From assembly GCA_001189075.1 (NCBI GenBank), contig LFCN01000006.1:321746-385745 (forward strand): DNA of 64,000 nucleotides, written 5' to 3'. Shown here one piece after another: positions 11,502 through 20,801 of this stretch; positions within the stretch are counted from its first letter, which is position 1, and each line of letters opens with the position of its first letter. Below the pieces are notes generated by a model. The model had not been told where the DNA came from and ran no database searches. It was given only the letters and a program-made list of their open reading frames with translations. The stretch is from Parcubacteria bacterium C7867-004 (GTDB lineage Bacteria; Patescibacteriota; Minisyncoccia; Phycocordibacterales; Phycocordibacteraceae). The translations under genes were made by a program, and so were the position numbers.

Positions 11502-13280
11502 ATGAAAACTATTTGGCGTGACGATCTTCCGCAGACGACGAACCCGCTGCGGTTTTTCCTATTCGCCTCGAAGCCGCACCTGAAGGTAGCCTTGCTCGCT
11601 ACCTTCTTCGTCGTCGTCGCGAGCGTACTGCGAGCGATCATACCGTACCTGTATAAGGTCATCGTCGACCTGGCGACGAGGCTTACGCCCGAGACCTTTA
11701 CGGCAGTCTGGCAGGCGGTGGTGATATTCGTTGTCGTCGGCCTCATGAGCAATCTTGCGTGGCGCTGTAGCGGGTTCGCGGGTATGCGCTGGGCAACCGG
11801 CGTCAGGGCTACTGCGCGTGCAGCACTTTCGTCCTACCTCACGCTCCACAGCTACCAGTACTTCTCCGACCGGTTCGCCGGCTCGCTCTCAAATAAGGTG
11901 AAGCAAGCGGGCGATAGCTCCCGCGGATTTGTCGAGGCGTACCTCTGGCAGTTCCTCTCATTCTTCGTCTCGGTTATCGCGAGCTTCATCGTGGTGTTCG
12001 TCACCAGTCCGATTGTCGGCTTCATCCTGCTCGGGATGTTCGCGGTTATAACACCGCTCAACATTTATTTCGCTCGCGGACGCGTACCGCTTTCGGTAGC
12101 GACCCAGGCGATCGAGACGAAGCTGAACGGCGCATCGGTGGATATGCTCACTAATATCACCGCCGTCCACGAATACGCTCGTCGCAAGCATGAGCTCGGC
12201 ATACTCAAAGGACTCATCCTCGAGCGTCGCGCGAGCGGCCTGCGAAACTGGGGCTACAGCGAGTGGGTGCTCCTCACAAACAACATCATCCAGAGCGTGT
12301 TCACGGGAACGATGCTCCTGGTTGCGGTATATCTCGCGATGAAAGGCATTATCACCCCGGGCGATATCATCCTGCTCCTTGCCATGGTGGCTCTCCTTGA
12401 GGACCAGCTCACCTTCATCGGCAGCCAACTCAACGAGTTCGCGGAGAACTGGGGCACCGTGAAGGAAAGCCTCTCCGAGATAATCGAATTGCATGATGTG
12501 GCCGATACGGAGCACGCGCTCCCGCTTGAGGTAGCTGAGGGCGCGATAGTCATGGATGACGTTACCTTCGCCTATGGTGGCCGCACCGTCTTCGAGAACC
12601 TCACGCTCCGGATCCCCGCAGGTCAGAGAGTGGGCATCATCGGTCGCAGTGGCGCCGGCAAGTCGACGCTCATCAAGATTCTGCTCCGGCATTACGATCT
12701 CTCAGGCGGAGCGATTCGCATCGATGGAACCGATATCAGCTCGGTGACCAAGGAAAGTCTCCGCGCTTCTATCGCGCTCGTGCCGCAGGAACCGGCGCTC
12801 TTCCATCGGAGCATTACGGAGAATATCGCGTATGGAAAACCGGAAGCCAGCAAAGAAGAGGTGGTGCTCGCGGCAACCCAAGCACAAGCACATGAGTTCA
12901 TCGAGCAGCTTCCGCACGGCTATGACACCACGGTAGGCGAGCGCGGCGTGAAGCTCTCGGGAGGCCAGCGCCAGCGGGTCGCTATCGCCCGAGCCCTCAT
13001 CAAGGACGCCAAGATCCTTCTTCTCGATGAGGCGACGAGCGCGCTTGATAGCGAGAGCGAAGTACTTGTACAGAAGGCGCTCCTCACGCTTATGGAAGGA
13101 CGCACTGTTATCGCGATAGCGCACCGGCTCTCGACGCTCCGCGCCATGGACCGATTGGTTATATTCGACGACGGAAAGATTGTGGAGGATGGTACGCACG
13201 ATGAACTGCTCCAGAAGGGAGGTCTCTACGCCGATCTCTGGAACCATCAGGCGGGCGGGTTCCTGGATGACGAGGAATAA
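11502..13280 (+). CDS. ABC exporter, fused permease/ATPase
   Basis: TM domain; GRSGAGKST, LSGGQRQR, LLLDEATSALD, AHRLST. Confidence 0.92.
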   Translation: MKTIWRDDLPQTTNPLRFFLFASKPHLKVALLATFFVVVASVLRAIIPYLYKVIVDLATRLTPETFTAVWQAVVIFVVVGLMSNLAWRCSGFAGMRWATGVRATARAALSSYLTLHSYQYFSDRFAGSLSNKVKQAGDSSRGFVEAYLWQFLSFFVSVIASFIVVFVTSPIVGFILLGMFAVITPLNIYFARGRVPLSVATQAIETKLNGASVDMLTNITAVHEYARRKHELGILKGLILERRASGLRNWGYSEWVLLTNNIIQSVFTGTMLLVAVYLAMKGIITPGDIILLLAMVALLEDQLTFIGSQLNEFAENWGTVKESLSEIIELHDVADTEHALPLEVAEGAIVMDDVTFAYGGRTVFENLTLRIPAGQRVGIIGRSGAGKSTLIKILLRHYDLSGGAIRIDGTDISSVTKESLRASIALVPQEPALFHRSITENIAYGKPEASKEEVVLAATQAQAHEFIEQLPHGYDTTVGERGVKLSGGQRQRVAIARALIKDAKILLLDEATSALDSESEVLVQKALLTLMEGRTVIAIAHRLSTLRAMDRLVIFDDGKIVEDGTHDELLQKGGLYADLWNHQAGGFLDDEE

Positions 13281-13311
13281 GAAAAGGGCCAGCTTTTAGC
13301 TGGCCCTTTTC
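13281..13311. terminator. bidirectional terminator
   Basis: GAAAAGGGCCAGCT-TTT-AGCTGGCCCTTTTC. Confidence 0.8.
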
Positions 13312-13315
13312 TGTA

Positions 13316-13392
13316 TGGTGCGCGCTGAGGAATTCGAATCCCCGACCTTCTCAACGTCAATGAGACGCTCTAACCAACTGAGCTAAGCGCGC
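13316..13392 (-). tRNA. tRNA-Val(GAC)
   Basis: Anticodon arm TCTCA-TTGACGT-TGAGA; CCA encoded. Confidence 0.95.
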
Positions 13393-13442
13393 ATACAGGA
13401 ACAGTCGCAGGATAGCGCGTTTGACGGTACCATTCAAGCAAT

Positions 13443-14063
13443 ATGCGGATACGCAGGCTTAGGGATATATCGACTGACGCAGCAGCTCTTGAGGCTGCGG
13501 AAGTGCTGCGCGCGGGTGGCATCGTCCTCTTTCCCACCGATACGCTCTATGGGCTTGCCGTGGACGCACTGAACGAAGAAGCGCTTGCACGGCTGAAGGT
13601 GCTCAAGGGAAGGGAAAAGAAAAAGCCGGTCTCAGTTATCGTCCCGTCGCTTGCTGATATGGAAGAGCACGTCTTGCTTCCTCCCGAAGCCAGGCGTATT
13701 GCGGAGGCGCATCTGCCGGGCGCCCTTACCCTCGTGTTGCCGGCACGCGCGCATGTTCCTGAGAGCGTAACGCTCAACGGTGCGCTCGGAGTGCGTATAC
13801 CTGATGACCCATTCGCGCTCGCGCTCGCCCGCGCGTTCGCGGGACCCTTCACCGCTACCAGCGCGAACAAAGCGGGTCATGTAACGCCCATAAGCGCGAT
13901 GGACGTCATCACTCACTTCGGTCCTGACGCTATCGGCATCGACCTCATCATTGATGACGGAGAGCGGGCGGGTGGAAACCCATCGACAGTAGTGACTTTC
14001 GTCGATGGCGTTCCGTACATCATTCGGGAAGGGGTCCTGTCTCGGGAGACTCTAGGTTTTTAG
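13443..14063 (+). CDS. tsaC: L-threonylcarbamoyladenylate synthase (YrdC/Sua5)
   Basis: FPTDTLYGL, KGR...KP, PGALT, GVRIP, TSAN. Confidence 0.92.
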   Translation: MRIRRLRDISTDAAALEAAEVLRAGGIVLFPTDTLYGLAVDALNEEALARLKVLKGREKKKPVSVIVPSLADMEEHVLLPPEARRIAEAHLPGALTLVLPARAHVPESVTLNGALGVRIPDDPFALALARAFAGPFTATSANKAGHVTPISAMDVITHFGPDAIGIDLIIDDGERAGGNPSTVVTFVDGVPYIIREGVLSRETLGF

Positions 14064-14102
14064 TAAACGCAAAAAACCGCCCAAAAGCGGTTTTTGCTCG
14101 TG

Positions 14103-14174
14103 TGATCCCACGGGGAATCGAACCCCGATTTCCTGCGTGAAAGGCGGGCGTCCTAACCGTTAGACGATGGGACC
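14103..14174 (-). tRNA. tRNA-Glu(TTC)
   Basis: GGTCCCATCGTCTAACGGTTAGGAC...CCCGC-CTTTCAC-GCAGG...GTTCGATTC. Confidence 0.93.
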
Positions 14175-14226
14175 TTCGTATAGCATCCTACATTTTTAAG
14201 GCTGGAAATGCTAGGATGGCGGGACT

Positions 14227-14314
14227 GGAGGGGTGCGTGAGTGGTTGAAACGACCGGTTTCGAAAACCGGCATGCCGAAAGGTATCGGGAGTTCGAATCT
14301 CCCCCCCTCCGCCA
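14227..14314 (+). tRNA. tRNA-Ser(CGA)
   Basis: Anticodon arm CCGGT-TTCGAAA-ACCGG, long variable arm, GCCA end. Confidence 0.95.
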
Positions 14315-14381
14315 GAGAATAGGAAGTACAAAAGAAAAAGGGCGCACGCGAAGATGCGTGCGCCCTGATCGTTTATATTGC

Positions 14382-15551
14382 TTAACGAGCATAGAACTCC
14401 TGAACGAAGGAATCGATGGTCTCGGGACCCCGGGTAGCGGGGTACGCGAGTTCACCGAGCACGATAGTCCGCGGCGGACGGTTGTCAGCCATGAACTCGA
14501 CGAATCCCTCGCGGTTAGTAGGCCGAAGCCGGTCACGAATCCACTGGAGCGAGACGCTGCCGTAGTCTATCCCGAACAGGTTACTGCTTTGGGACAGGTA
14601 CGGAACGAGAGGCGAACCGCCCGCAAGCACGAAGACGGCATGCGTCGCCGTTCCTGCAAGGCATCCCGCGCGAAGATCGGGCGGCATGTCTCCGGCGATA
14701 AGGAGATGCTCGATCGTGCCCGAGCCCGCAAGCTTCGCAAGCTCGAACTCGATGAGGTTCTCCTTGGAAGCCTCGGGCGGCATCATGTAGAACTGGAGCC
14801 GGTTATCCGATGGCCGGCTCTCGTCCACGATAAGGATGGAATCCATGATCGGCTTGAACTCTCCTATCAGCTCCTCGCGCTGCGCGTCCGTGATCCTGTC
14901 AGATTCGGACGCCCACCGATAGGAATCTGCCATTTCGCCGATGAACTCCTTTACCGCGCTCATCCGCCTCTTGTTCTCCTCGAGCGATACGATCGGATCG
15001 CAGAATTCGAACTGGAATCGGTAGGGAAGCGGAAAGACATCGGTTTTTCCGTCGCGGTAGTTTTGTTCCGATTCGATCGCCGCCAGGAACGCGGACGGAT
15101 CGTCCTTGCTCGGCAGGTCCGCCAGCGCGAACATCTTGTACGCGGCTTCCCGCCAGCCGAGGTGGCTGCGAAGACTCCCGCTCTCGATGTAGGGTCCGGT
15201 ACGACCGTTCCGTGAGTACGAGCCTGTTCCCATGCTCATGATCACGTCTGGGTCGGTGAAGGACCTCCTGCAGGCGATGGTCTCAGGCGCGATGTAGTTC
15301 CTGCTCCCATCCTCACGCTTCCCGAGCAATGGAACCGGACGGGTGAACCCCGCCGCAACCGATGCTAGGTAGAGCGTCTCCGACATGAGCATTTCCGGCG
15401 TCTGCGCTGTCGCGACCATGAACGTGCCGCGAGCATCAAAGAAGTTCCGAACCCTGTTTGCAGCCCTGATTTCCGAGGGTATCGGATGCGAAGTCATAAG
15501 CGTACCGTCGACGTCGCAGACGGCGACGAATTCCAGGCCTGTGCCTGTCAT
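14382..15551 (-). CDS. divergent HAD-superfamily (IIB / sucrose-phosphatase-like) hydrolase
   Basis: Motif I CDVDGTL, motif II VATAQ, SKE lysine, motif IV AGDMPPDL; GGAGGGG SD before MTGTG. Confidence 0.65.
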   Translation of the reverse strand: MTGTGLEFVAVCDVDGTLMTSHPIPSEIRAANRVRNFFDARGTFMVATAQTPEMLMSETLYLASVAAGFTRPVPLLGKREDGSRNYIAPETIACRRSFTDPDVIMSMGTGSYSRNGRTGPYIESGSLRSHLGWREAAYKMFALADLPSKDDPSAFLAAIESEQNYRDGKTDVFPLPYRFQFEFCDPIVSLEENKRRMSAVKEFIGEMADSYRWASESDRITDAQREELIGEFKPIMDSILIVDESRPSDNRLQFYMMPPEASKENLIEFELAKLAGSGTIEHLLIAGDMPPDLRAGCLAGTATHAVFVLAGGSPLVPYLSQSSNLFGIDYGSVSLQWIRDRLRPTNREGFVEFMADNRPPRTIVLGELAYPATRGPETIDSFVQEFYAR

Positions 15552-15648
15552 GAGCAGCCCCCTCCAAAAAAGCGTCCGTGCGGAGAGTAGCACGCGGGTT
15601 ACTTAAGAATTCATGAACGAGATACGGGTGCGGTATACTGGCCTAGCT

Positions 15649-16848
15649 ATGCCGTTTCCTCCAAAGCCCGCCCCTTGTGCCGAATGCGGCGACGGAGCGA
15701 TATTCCACCGGACGACCTACATAAGCATCGTCATCGACGAGTTCCTTTCGCCACTCACGATGCCTAATCCGTTCCTCAGGGGTTTCGCGAAACTGGTCTA
15801 CAAGATCGAGCGGAAGGTAACGCCGCATCTTCTGAACGCGATGATGGATCGGGGCATGGCTCGCCGCGTCACTAAGCACGACGATGATACGCAGCTTCTC
15901 GCGCAGATGCTCTGGAATGAAGCGAAGGAGCGGGGTATCGAGGTAGCGGAATTCCGCCTCTTCAATCTGCCCCGCAACATATTCGTTGCGAAGTATCCGA
16001 ATGGAAGAGATATCGCCTATGAAGGCATACCAGCTCCCGTAGCGGATCTCGATCGTGTTCCGTGGATGGATAACAAAGATGTACTCAAGAAGAAGTTCCG
16101 TGCGCTGGGACTCCCTATTGCCCGAGGTGGCGCGGTATCCAACCTCAAAGAGGCGAAGAAGCTCTTCGCGACGCTCACACCCCCGGTTATAGCAAAACCC
16201 TCCTCAGGGTCAGGATCGAGGCATACGACGCTGCATGTGATGGATGAGGAGGGGCTCGAGAGAGCATTCCTTATTGGTAAGCAAGTTGCTCCTAAGGTCG
16301 TGATTGAGGAGGAGCTCGTTGGGCCGGTGTATAGAGCCACGGTAGTCAACGGACGCTTTGCAGCTGCGCTCAGGCGTGATCAGCCGTATGTGGTTGGGGA
16401 CGGGGTGCATACCGTCGAGGACTTGGTTGCTATCGCGAACGAGCACCCGAAGCGGTCGGGACCGTATTTCCATAAGATGAAACTTGATGAGACGGCGCTC
16501 GAGGAGCTCCGGTGGCAGGATCTTACGCCATCGAGCATTCTTCCTGAGGGGAAGCGAGCACTGCTGCATCAGAAGATAAACTGGAGCGTCGGCGGTACAA
16601 CGGCAGACGTAACCGATGACGTGCATCCGGACAATATCGAACTGTTCGAAGAAGTAGCGAGGGTTTTGAAGGCTCCTATCGTCGGACTCGATTTCATAAT
16701 CGAAGATATCAGCCGCTCGTGGAAAGAGCAGGAGCGATGCGGCATCCTCGAGTGCAACAGCATGCCATTCTTCGACAATCATCATCTGCCGTTCGAAGGG
16801 AAGCCGCGAAATGTAGCGGCACTCATCTGGGATATGAACGAGGAATAA
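15649..16848 (+). CDS. stand-alone ATP-grasp ligase, cyanophycin synthetase/GshF-like
   Basis: PVIAKP..GSGS, IEEELVG..YR, GGTTADVTDDVHPDN, GLDFI, ECNSMP, H..PFEGKPRNVA. Confidence 0.8.
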   Translation: MPFPPKPAPCAECGDGAIFHRTTYISIVIDEFLSPLTMPNPFLRGFAKLVYKIERKVTPHLLNAMMDRGMARRVTKHDDDTQLLAQMLWNEAKERGIEVAEFRLFNLPRNIFVAKYPNGRDIAYEGIPAPVADLDRVPWMDNKDVLKKKFRALGLPIARGGAVSNLKEAKKLFATLTPPVIAKPSSGSGSRHTTLHVMDEEGLERAFLIGKQVAPKVVIEEELVGPVYRATVVNGRFAAALRRDQPYVVGDGVHTVEDLVAIANEHPKRSGPYFHKMKLDETALEELRWQDLTPSSILPEGKRALLHQKINWSVGGTTADVTDDVHPDNIELFEEVARVLKAPIVGLDFIIEDISRSWKEQERCGILECNSMPFFDNHHLPFEGKPRNVAALIWDMNEE

Positions 16849-16971
16849 GCTTCATTGCCCTTTCATCCTCGTCTGTTAAAATTGGAGCATAGGTCGAATT
16901 GCCAGCCAAATTCATTTTGGATGGCTGTATTTTTCACTCTCATGAGGAATGCAGCCGTTCTCCCAACAACT

Positions 16972-17082
16972 ATGATCGATGACACAACTATGGACCCAGC
17001 AGGCGAGGAGGAGACTCCTGTCGTCATGCCTGAGGGCGAGGAGGCAGCTCCTGAGGAGACTGGCGCTGAGGAGGCTGCATAA
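16972..17082 (+). CDS. 36-aa highly acidic small peptide
   Basis: MIDDTTMDPAGEEETPVVMPEGEEAAPEETGAEEAA; own promoter (TTGCCC...TAAAAT, 16856-16883) and terminator. Confidence 0.55.
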   Translation: MIDDTTMDPAGEEETPVVMPEGEEAAPEETGAEEAA

Positions 17083-17104
17083 GCCTGTCTCTCGACAATC
17101 CTAT

Positions 17105-17140
17105 AAAACAACCGCGCGCCCTTGGGCGCGCGGTTGTTTT
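17105..17140. terminator. strong intrinsic terminator
   Basis: AAAACAACCGCGCGCCC-TT-GGGCGCGCGGTTGTTTT. Confidence 0.85.
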
Positions 17141-17209
17141 GACATACCCAGACGCGATAGGTACCTTGAGCTCAAGGCGTAAGCCATAGTTCATTGATTC
17201 GGGGAGACA

Positions 17210-17635
17210 TTGTCCATGCTGGTGGATCCGCTCTTGGTGCATATAGTTCTGAACCCGAGTCCTCTGAAGGATCGGGCCCAAAGCCGAATGGTTGCGCACA
17301 AGGTCTTCGAACAGGCATTCGGCCGCCCGGTGCCCGTGTTCAGGCATGCGTGGCGGAATTCGGATGGCAAACCGGATGCTGAATATCCTCGAGACGCGAC
17401 GGTCTGCTTTATCATGGATATCGTGGATCGGGATCAGGCAGTCCTGAAGCAGATACGTCGCGCGCGCAATGCCGGGGTGTCGCAGATCCATGTGTTCACG
17501 TCGAGAACCAACATCTCGCCTGAGTGCTTCGAACTCGTGACAACGGGAGCCATCGACTGCATCTATTTCACGCATGCGCCGATTCCGTATATCGGTCTCG
17601 GTCTCGCATTCGTGCTCGAAGCTCGAGCGCCCTAA
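17210..17635 (+). CDS. hypothetical orphan protein
   Basis: TTGACA-N17-TACCTT promoter, GGGGAG SD, 141 aa. Confidence 0.6.
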   Translation: MSMLVDPLLVHIVLNPSPLKDRAQSRMVAHKVFEQAFGRPVPVFRHAWRNSDGKPDAEYPRDATVCFIMDIVDRDQAVLKQIRRARNAGVSQIHVFTSRTNISPECFELVTTGAIDCIYFTHAPIPYIGLGLAFVLEARAP

Positions 17636-17660
17636 CGGTCCCAAACGGGACTGTTTTCAT

Positions 17661-18584
17661 TTAATGCGCCATCAGCCACTGATAGATATCCTCGAGCGCC
17701 TTCACGGCGTCGCCGGCGGCGATGTTGTTCTGGTGGTAGAGCTCGTCGGTGCAGTCGCCGGCCGCCCATACGCCCTCGACGCTCGTATGCTGGTTCTTAG
17801 GATCAGTTATGACGCGGTTCACCTCATCGAGCGCGACGACATCCTTCGCGTACGCCGTGTTCGGTATGACGCCGATCTCGACGAATACGCCGGTTACGGG
17901 AAGGGTTGTCTCTTCACCGGTATCCCGATGTTTAACTTTCATCCCGGATACGAACTTCTCGCCGAGCACTTCGGTTGGTTCGCTCTTGCAGATGGTCTTG
18001 AAATTCGGATGATTGGTGAGTCGCTCGACCGTTATCGCGTCTCCCTTAAGCGCGTCATGACGGTGAATGAGTGTGACCGACTTGCAGTATGCAAGGAGCT
18101 GCGCCGAGGTCTCGAGTCCCGCGTTCCCGCCACCAACCACCGCAACATCCTGTCCGGCAAAAAGCGGACCGTCGCAGGAAGCGCAGTACGTCACGCCCTT
18201 ATGCTCGAAAGTATCGGCTCCCGGTATCGCGAGCTTCCGGCGGCTTGCGCCTGAGGCAAGGAGCACGGCGCGTGCGTCATAGGTCTTCCCGGCAGCATCC
18301 GTTGCACGGAACCCGCCTTCGATTCTTTCGAGCTTCTCCACGCGCGAGCCTTCAGCGAGCTCGACCATATCGCGCTGGTACGCAGCCAAGTGCTCCTTGA
18401 GTGACTTTGCGAGATCCGAGCCCTTGATGTTCACGGTACCGATCCAGTTCTCGATGCCTTCGGAGACCGTGGACTGGCCGCCGATCTCTTCTGCTATTAC
18501 TACCGCTTTCAGGTACTTACGGGCAGCGTACACTCCCGCGGCGATTCCTGCCGGGCCGCCGCCGACGATTATGAGGTCTTTCAT
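17661..18584 (-). CDS. trxB: thioredoxin reductase / AhpF C-terminal-like FAD-dependent disulfide reductase
   Basis: GGGPAG, YCASCDG, GGGNAG, TSVEGVWAAGD. Confidence 0.85.
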   Translation of the reverse strand: MKDLIIVGGGPAGIAAGVYAARKYLKAVVIAEEIGGQSTVSEGIENWIGTVNIKGSDLAKSLKEHLAAYQRDMVELAEGSRVEKLERIEGGFRATDAAGKTYDARAVLLASGASRRKLAIPGADTFEHKGVTYCASCDGPLFAGQDVAVVGGGNAGLETSAQLLAYCKSVTLIHRHDALKGDAITVERLTNHPNFKTICKSEPTEVLGEKFVSGMKVKHRDTGEETTLPVTGVFVEIGVIPNTAYAKDVVALDEVNRVITDPKNQHTSVEGVWAAGDCTDELYHQNNIAAGDAVKALEDIYQWLMAH

Positions 18585-18647
18585 GATGCCTGCAGTATAC
18601 CAAAAGCGCTTTTCCGCGTCTGTGGGAAGCAATAGTATACTTTCTCC

Positions 18648-19262
18648 ATGTCTCCAGAAGGTAAGAAGCAATCGTCGTCACCTAAGGAAGGTCTAAAGGA
18701 GTTAAAAATATCTCTCGTACAACCTGAAGATTTCGAAGGAATACTTGAAGTCCAGTACAAGGCTGCATTAAAGAACTACCCAAACGATGAACTGGGTATC
18801 ACCGCTGACGATATCGATGCGGACTATGTAGAAGCGCGTACCCCAGAAAAGATCCGAGAAGGAGAAGAACGATGGCGGAACCTGCCAGAGAATCTCAATC
18901 AACGCTACTTCGTAGCTAAGAGCGGCGGGAAAGTCGTTGGATTTTGCGTTGTCGACCGATATGAGGATAAGAATCAGGTGAATGGAATTTACATTGACCC
19001 GGACTTTCAAGGCCAGGGTCTCGGTAAGAAGTTTTGGGAGGAAGCCGCGAAATTTTTGGATCCCAGCAAGGACACTGTCGTAATGGTGCTTCCGTATAAC
19101 ACACAAGCAAAGGGCTTCTATGCGACTCTTGGTTTCGAAGAAACTGGCAACCGTGCCAACGATGGAGATGGTACACAGATGAAAAGTGGAGCAGTAATGC
19201 CGGTACCGATAGAGATGGTTCGCAAGTCAGACGCAGTGAACCCGCATCGCTCGGAAGGGTAG
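18648..19262 (+). CDS. GNAT family N-acetyltransferase
   Basis: IYIDPDFQGQGLG, NTQAKGFYATLGF. Confidence 0.88.
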   Translation: MSPEGKKQSSSPKEGLKELKISLVQPEDFEGILEVQYKAALKNYPNDELGITADDIDADYVEARTPEKIREGEERWRNLPENLNQRYFVAKSGGKVVGFCVVDRYEDKNQVNGIYIDPDFQGQGLGKKFWEEAAKFLDPSKDTVVMVLPYNTQAKGFYATLGFEETGNRANDGDGTQMKSGAVMPVPIEMVRKSDAVNPHRSEG

Positions 19263-19345
19263 AGCAGGTGTCCGAGCACGGTCTTCGACATCGTAGGTTT
19301 TGCAGCTTCCGAGCTGCTATGTCGAAGTCGGCCCACTGAAACTTA

Positions 19346-19373
19346 AGAAACCGGCTCGCAGGAGCCGGTTTCT
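19346..19373. terminator. terminator between GNAT and ftsZ
   Basis: AGAAACCGGCTC-GCAG-GAGCCGGTTTCT. Confidence 0.75.
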
Positions 19374-19404
19374 GCCCTTTCGGGTTACGTATGCGAACGA
19401 AGCG

Positions 19405-20658
19405 CTATTTCTTGTGGCGGCGCAGGAAGTTCGGGATAGCTCCCCAAGCCTCGTCATCCTCTTCAGGAGCGCTCTGGTTGGCGCGCGCTGATGGGGGAAC
19501 GACGCTTTCTTCGCGTGGCTTTGGGGTCGCGGTAACGATAGGCTCCTCGCGACGTACGGGCTCCGGAGCAGGAGCGGGTTCTGGTGCAGGAGTGGCCGGA
19601 CGCGCCTCGTTGAAGATCTTTCCGCGAGTCTCTTCCTGCTGAGCCGGCTCCATAGCAAAGAGGGAACGCTCGATACCGCCCTGCTGGTTCTCGCCCTCGC
19701 CCTCGGGGAAGCCGGTAGCGATGACGATGATGCGGATCTGGCCCTTCTTAAGCTTCTCGTCGCGCATGATACCGAAGATAACCTTCGCGGACTTGTCGAC
19801 GGAGTCGGAGACAACTTTCGCCGCTTCCTGGACCTCGAGGATGCCGAGATCGTCGGCGCCGGCGACAACGAAGAGCACGCCCTTAGCGCCCGTTATAGAG
19901 ACATCGAGGAGCGGGGAGTTAACGGCCTGTGCGGCTGCGTCCTGCGCACGCCTGTCGCCGTCAGCGATACCGATACCCATGAGGGCAGGACCCGCGCCCT
20001 CCATGATGGCCTTGATGTCGTTGAAGTCGGTGTTGATCTCTCCCGGGGTGGTGATGATGTCGGAGACGCCTTCGACTGCCTGGCGGAGGATCTCATCGGC
20101 CAGTGCGAACGCGCTCTTGGCGCTGGTCTGTGCTTCGACGATAGCGAGGAGCTTATCGTTCGGGATGACGATGAACGCATCAACTTCCTTCTTGAGGTCA
20201 GCGAGGCCGCGGTCAGCGATCTCCTTGCGCTGGAGTCCTTCGAATGAGAACGGACGAGTCACAACAGCGACGGTGAGTGCGCCGAGTTCCTTCGCGATCT
20301 TCGCAACGGTGGTCGAAGCACCAGTACCGGTACCGCCGCCCATGCCGCAGGTGATGAACACCATGTCCGAGCCCTGAAGCGCCTCCTGGATCTCCTGGCG
20401 CGTCTCTTCCGCCGCACGGCGTCCGAGATCAGGATTCATTCCTGCCCCGAGACCCTTCGTGAGGTTCTTGCCGATGTGGATCTTCCGCTTGGCGAGCGAG
20501 CGGTGGAGGTCCTGCGCATCGGTGTTGATGGCGATGAACTCCACGCCCTTCACCTTGGAGTTGATCATGTGATTCACGGCATTGCTACCGGAACCGCCGC
20601 AGCCGACGACGCGGATGCGAGCGAACGTTTCGACTTCGGGTTCTACACGCTTGGACAT
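19405..20658 (-). CDS. ftsZ: cell division protein FtsZ
   Basis: GGSGSNA, GMGGGTGTG, C-terminal IPNFLRR. Confidence 0.98.
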   Translation of the reverse strand: MSKRVEPEVETFARIRVVGCGGSGSNAVNHMINSKVKGVEFIAINTDAQDLHRSLAKRKIHIGKNLTKGLGAGMNPDLGRRAAEETRQEIQEALQGSDMVFITCGMGGGTGTGASTTVAKIAKELGALTVAVVTRPFSFEGLQRKEIADRGLADLKKEVDAFIVIPNDKLLAIVEAQTSAKSAFALADEILRQAVEGVSDIITTPGEINTDFNDIKAIMEGAGPALMGIGIADGDRRAQDAAAQAVNSPLLDVSITGAKGVLFVVAGADDLGILEVQEAAKVVSDSVDKSAKVIFGIMRDEKLKKGQIRIIVIATGFPEGEGENQQGGIERSLFAMEPAQQEETRGKIFNEARPATPAPEPAPAPEPVRREEPIVTATPKPREESVVPPSARANQSAPEEDDEAWGAIPNFLRRHKK

Positions 20659-20801
20659 AGGTAAATGCTGGGCCGATAAGTGAGGTCTGGCTCATCATAC
20701 CAGTACTGTGAGGTCTGGGAAGAGTGACAAGAGGGGAAAGTGTGTCGGAGAAAAAGCACCGTTTCCAGTCTTTTCATACGTATTCGCGGCGGTCTAGTCC
20801 C

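Noticed and set aside
14241-15215. 324-aa plus-strand ORF
   Set aside because: Starts inside tRNA-Ser and is the antisense shadow of the HAD-motif gene; no motifs of its own
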